NCBI GenBank assembly: GCA_963920595.1
Contig: OY986949.1
Location: 1,984,001 to 2,048,000, forward strand
DNA length: 64,000 nt
DNA from: Eimeria praecox
Lineage: Eukaryota
Direction of reading: 5' to 3'
The position numbers were made by a program, and so were the translations under genes. Positions 61,017-64,000 of the stretch are shown here, piece after piece. The notes under the pieces were generated by a model, which saw only the letters and a program-made list of their open reading frames with translations, ran no database searches and was not told the origin of the DNA. The number at the start of each line of letters is the position of its first letter. The first letter of the stretch is position 1.

Positions 61017-64000
61017 TCAAGTATTGGAAGTGGTGAAGTATAGGCCTCTATAAGCCAGGAATGCATCCAAGACACTGCGGAAAAGTGCATACACATGGAA
61101 TTTCGCAGATTGCAACGCCCTCCCACACATGATGGTAAACGACAGGGTGCATATGAAATGAAAACGATGGGAATGCTATGCACAATATATGTATGCACTG
61201 CAAACAACAAACCTGACCAACACGAAATTGCTGATACACGTGCAGATTGAGGAGCTGCATGAAGCGATGGGAACTCACTTGAAATGGTTAAGAAGCGGCA
61301 CACGCCGCACCACAAAGTCAATGGCTTCGACAGGCCGTGCTAGGAATTTGTCGAAAAACGGGGGACGAAGAAGAGCGTAAGTTACCCCCGTTAGACTGCA
61401 TACAAAGCAACACATTTCAAACCCTAATATCGCTTCGGAAGGGACAAGAAACAACAAGGGCTAGAAATGATGAGAACAAAGGACGCACTCACCGGCGATG
61501 AAGCTCCGCGGCCTCGACAGGCGAAAGGTGCTCCATCACTTGCGGAGACCCATGGAGCAGGGAGACAGAGTTCGCCTCGATAACTGCATGAAGCAACAAC
61601 ACCTTCGCAAGTGCCACCAACATATGAGCCTGAACCCCTCGACCTCAGCAATGCAAGAGGGGCAGTAACTGCTACGCCGTATGTCCCTGAAGCTGTTACA
61701 AAGCAGAAACGGAACCGTGAAGGAGGGAGCCATAGACAGCTCACACAGGGCTACCAGCCACGGTGTCCATGACATGGTGTTCCTGGCCCGCCTTAAAAGG
61801 TACAAGTGAATAAACGGGCGAATATGGTACAGAATCTCCGCCAGGACGGGCCTATGGAACGAAACAGACATGTTGCCACAAGTGGCTATGCGCGAACTGC
61901 GCCACCCTAGCACCACCAGTTATCCACAGGACACCACCTTGGGTACAGTGCGCTGGCCGATGGCTATAGTGTGTATGCTGTCGCCAGGTACAAATGGCCT
62001 ATCGATGTGCACGACAGTACCTCCAAGCCGTCGACCGAAAGCGGTTCAAGAGAATGCATAGACGACGGGGAGAAGCACTGGCCTTTAGCTCATTGAACAG
62101 CCACACAACTATAATAAGCGCCCACTGCCGAGGAAGCTGCTCAGCCGCAGCTGCAGCAGTCAGTGCTTCATGATCGCGGGCTAGTCTGAAAATACGCCAA
62201 CAAGCTTGGAAGCAGCCCTTCAGTTTGACGGCGTGCAGCAGGACCAACAGTACAATTCGTGCTGCTGAGGCAGCCGCTAGGCGCAGTAATCTCAGAACAG
62301 CAGGGCTTGCTGGCATGCGCCAAGTACGATGCGCAAAGGCAATATACGTCAGAGGCAGACACTAGGAAAAAAGCCGCCTTTATCAGCAAAACAGCATGTT
62401 TGGCGTACTGGCGAGCTGCAGATGGAAGGGGCGGTACTTTCCTGCCAGTGCGCCGACCGTAGAATGGCCGCAGTTTTTCACTGTCGGAGATCACCTAAAG
62501 AAAGGGAGGCACACAAGGATATGCAATCAGCCCTTATTAAGTAGCTAGACACGAACTCCACAGAGCCTCAAAGTGTAATTTGCTAGAAGCCTCTTGCAAC
62601 GTGGCTCGTGGAGAAGAAAACGAACCTGCTTCTCCTTGTGTGCGGCGAGGGCTTGGCATATGCTGTGTTCGTCGCAGTAAAAGGCAAATGGTGTTAGGGC
62701 GCGGAGCATCAGCTTAAGAACGAGTTTAAGCAGCTCGAGCCGAAGGCACAGGGCGAAGCGTGGGCCTTCTCCTCCTTGCCGCAAAGCACTGACCTCCAGC
62801 AACAGCTGCAACGCACGGACTATCTTCAATGCAAGAGAAATAGCTCCAAAGAGTGCCACCCGGACGGAGGTTGGTAAGTCTACTGTAGTATTTGCCCCCA
62901 TTTCCAAAGGCCGCCCGCCAAGCAAAGGCACCGCTGGATCTCGAGAAATGCCCGCTAGTCTTGAAACTCCAGCACTTTCCGACGAGCATTCCCTTCGAAT
63001 CTTCCACTGGTGGTGCAACGCCTCAGCCTGTAGCAGCTCTCCTGGAGGGGAGAGGAAGTGGGCACGGTAAAGACAGAAAACGTCAAAAACCCCCTGAATT
63101 ATCAGAAAACGCCGTTCACTCCGATCATCTGAAAAACCAACAAAACACCACTGTGCAAATTATAAGTGTGTGTGTTCGCCCCCAGAAGCGGCAGCAGCCA
63201 CCGCTGTGACAGCAGCTCCGACGGCAAGAGCAACGCGGTATAGTTGAAACAGCAACACCAGCAGCTCCACGTTTGTTACCTGCTGCATGGGCAGGCAGAA
63301 CTTGCAAGGCGAGTCTCGCGATGTCCTCAACGGTCCCTCCATACATCTCAAGGATGCAACGGTGCCACTCGAGCACGGCCTGGAGCAGTCTCTCTCTCTG
63401 GCGTGGTCCTTGCTTTGCCTGGCAGTTAAGCTCACTGAGTTCTGCCTGGGGAGCATGGACCTCAGTAGAGTTGTCTGCTACCTTTGGGCTTAAGGGATCC
63501 TGCTTCTGCTGCGCACCAAGACGATCCACAAGAGAACAAGCTACCGATTTGGTGTAGGAGGACAGGCGAGCAAGCACACCCTGCCGGTTTGCCTGGACGG
63601 GTTTTGTGCCGATGCAAGACGTGGAGGCACCAGAAGCTTCCCAACCGTCCGCTTCACTCGTAGCTCCATAAACCATTCCACTGAGCGTTTCTATGCTACT
63701 ATTTTCTGCGCTGGCGCCCTCTTCAGCTTGAGTGGCACTGCCGATACAAATTGGGTAGCGCACATCTTGCTCTCGCACAGCCCCAAGAGCAGAACAGGAA
63801 GAGAAGGGCACGGGGCTTTCCACTTCAGCAGACGATGGCTGACACAGGAGAGAAGGAGTCTGATCATCCGGGTTAGCCGCGTCTGTGCCCTGCCTGCGAG
63901 GCTCCTCAACGCGAATCCATTCCCCTTCACTCTCGCTTACTGGGGAAATGCGAGGCAAGGCGGCTGCCGCAGAGCTAGTTGCAGCCAACTGCTTCTGTCC
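61017..64000 (-). CDS. PEX16: Peroxin PEX16, multi-exon, 5' end beyond the window
   Basis: ALKIVRALQLLLEVSALRQGGEGPRFALCLRLELLKLVLKLML; VLAEILYHIRPFIHLYLL..SWTPWLVAL; YALLRPPFFDKFL..RRVPLLNHF|NVLDAFLAYRGLYFTTSNT*. The frame is open to the window edge. Confidence 0.82.

Overview
Intron-rich eukaryotic DNA from a coccidian apicomplexan (Eimeria/Cyclospora-like, inferred from gene content, TGCATGCA motifs, CAG-rich low-complexity coding and chromovirus remnants). The first ~7.8 kb is decayed sequence: Ty3/Gypsy chromovirus fragments (gag with two zinc knuckles, RNase H, integrase tail, chromodomain, an antisense RT scrap) and a possible BACK-domain pseudogene. The genes follow, with exons reconstructed by hand from GT-AG sites and frame continuity: RPS3a; kelch+GHKL MORC; a small membrane-protein candidate; PDCD2/TSR4-like; V-ATPase subunit E; CutA; an intronless class 3 lipase; a ~2,020-aa KNL1/Spc105-like protein; an MA3-repeat (PDCD4-like) protein; a PARP-domain protein; and a 5'-truncated PEX16. 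There is also a compound microsatellite. Best leads: (1) an RST/alpha-alpha-hub-like helical domain at the MORC N-terminus, a candidate ApiAP2-docking module, plus a Glu-to-Gln change at MORC's GHKL catalytic position; (2) a predicted N-myristoylated PARP with three bacterial-type SH3 (SH3b)-like repeats, an H-Y-E triad and a C-terminal Cys/His motif; (3) a cryptic KNL1-like kinetochore scaffold with SILK/RVxF-like motifs but no clear MELT repeats; (4) a candidate GC-AG intron in CutA. All family calls are by-eye motif recognition; no database searches were run.
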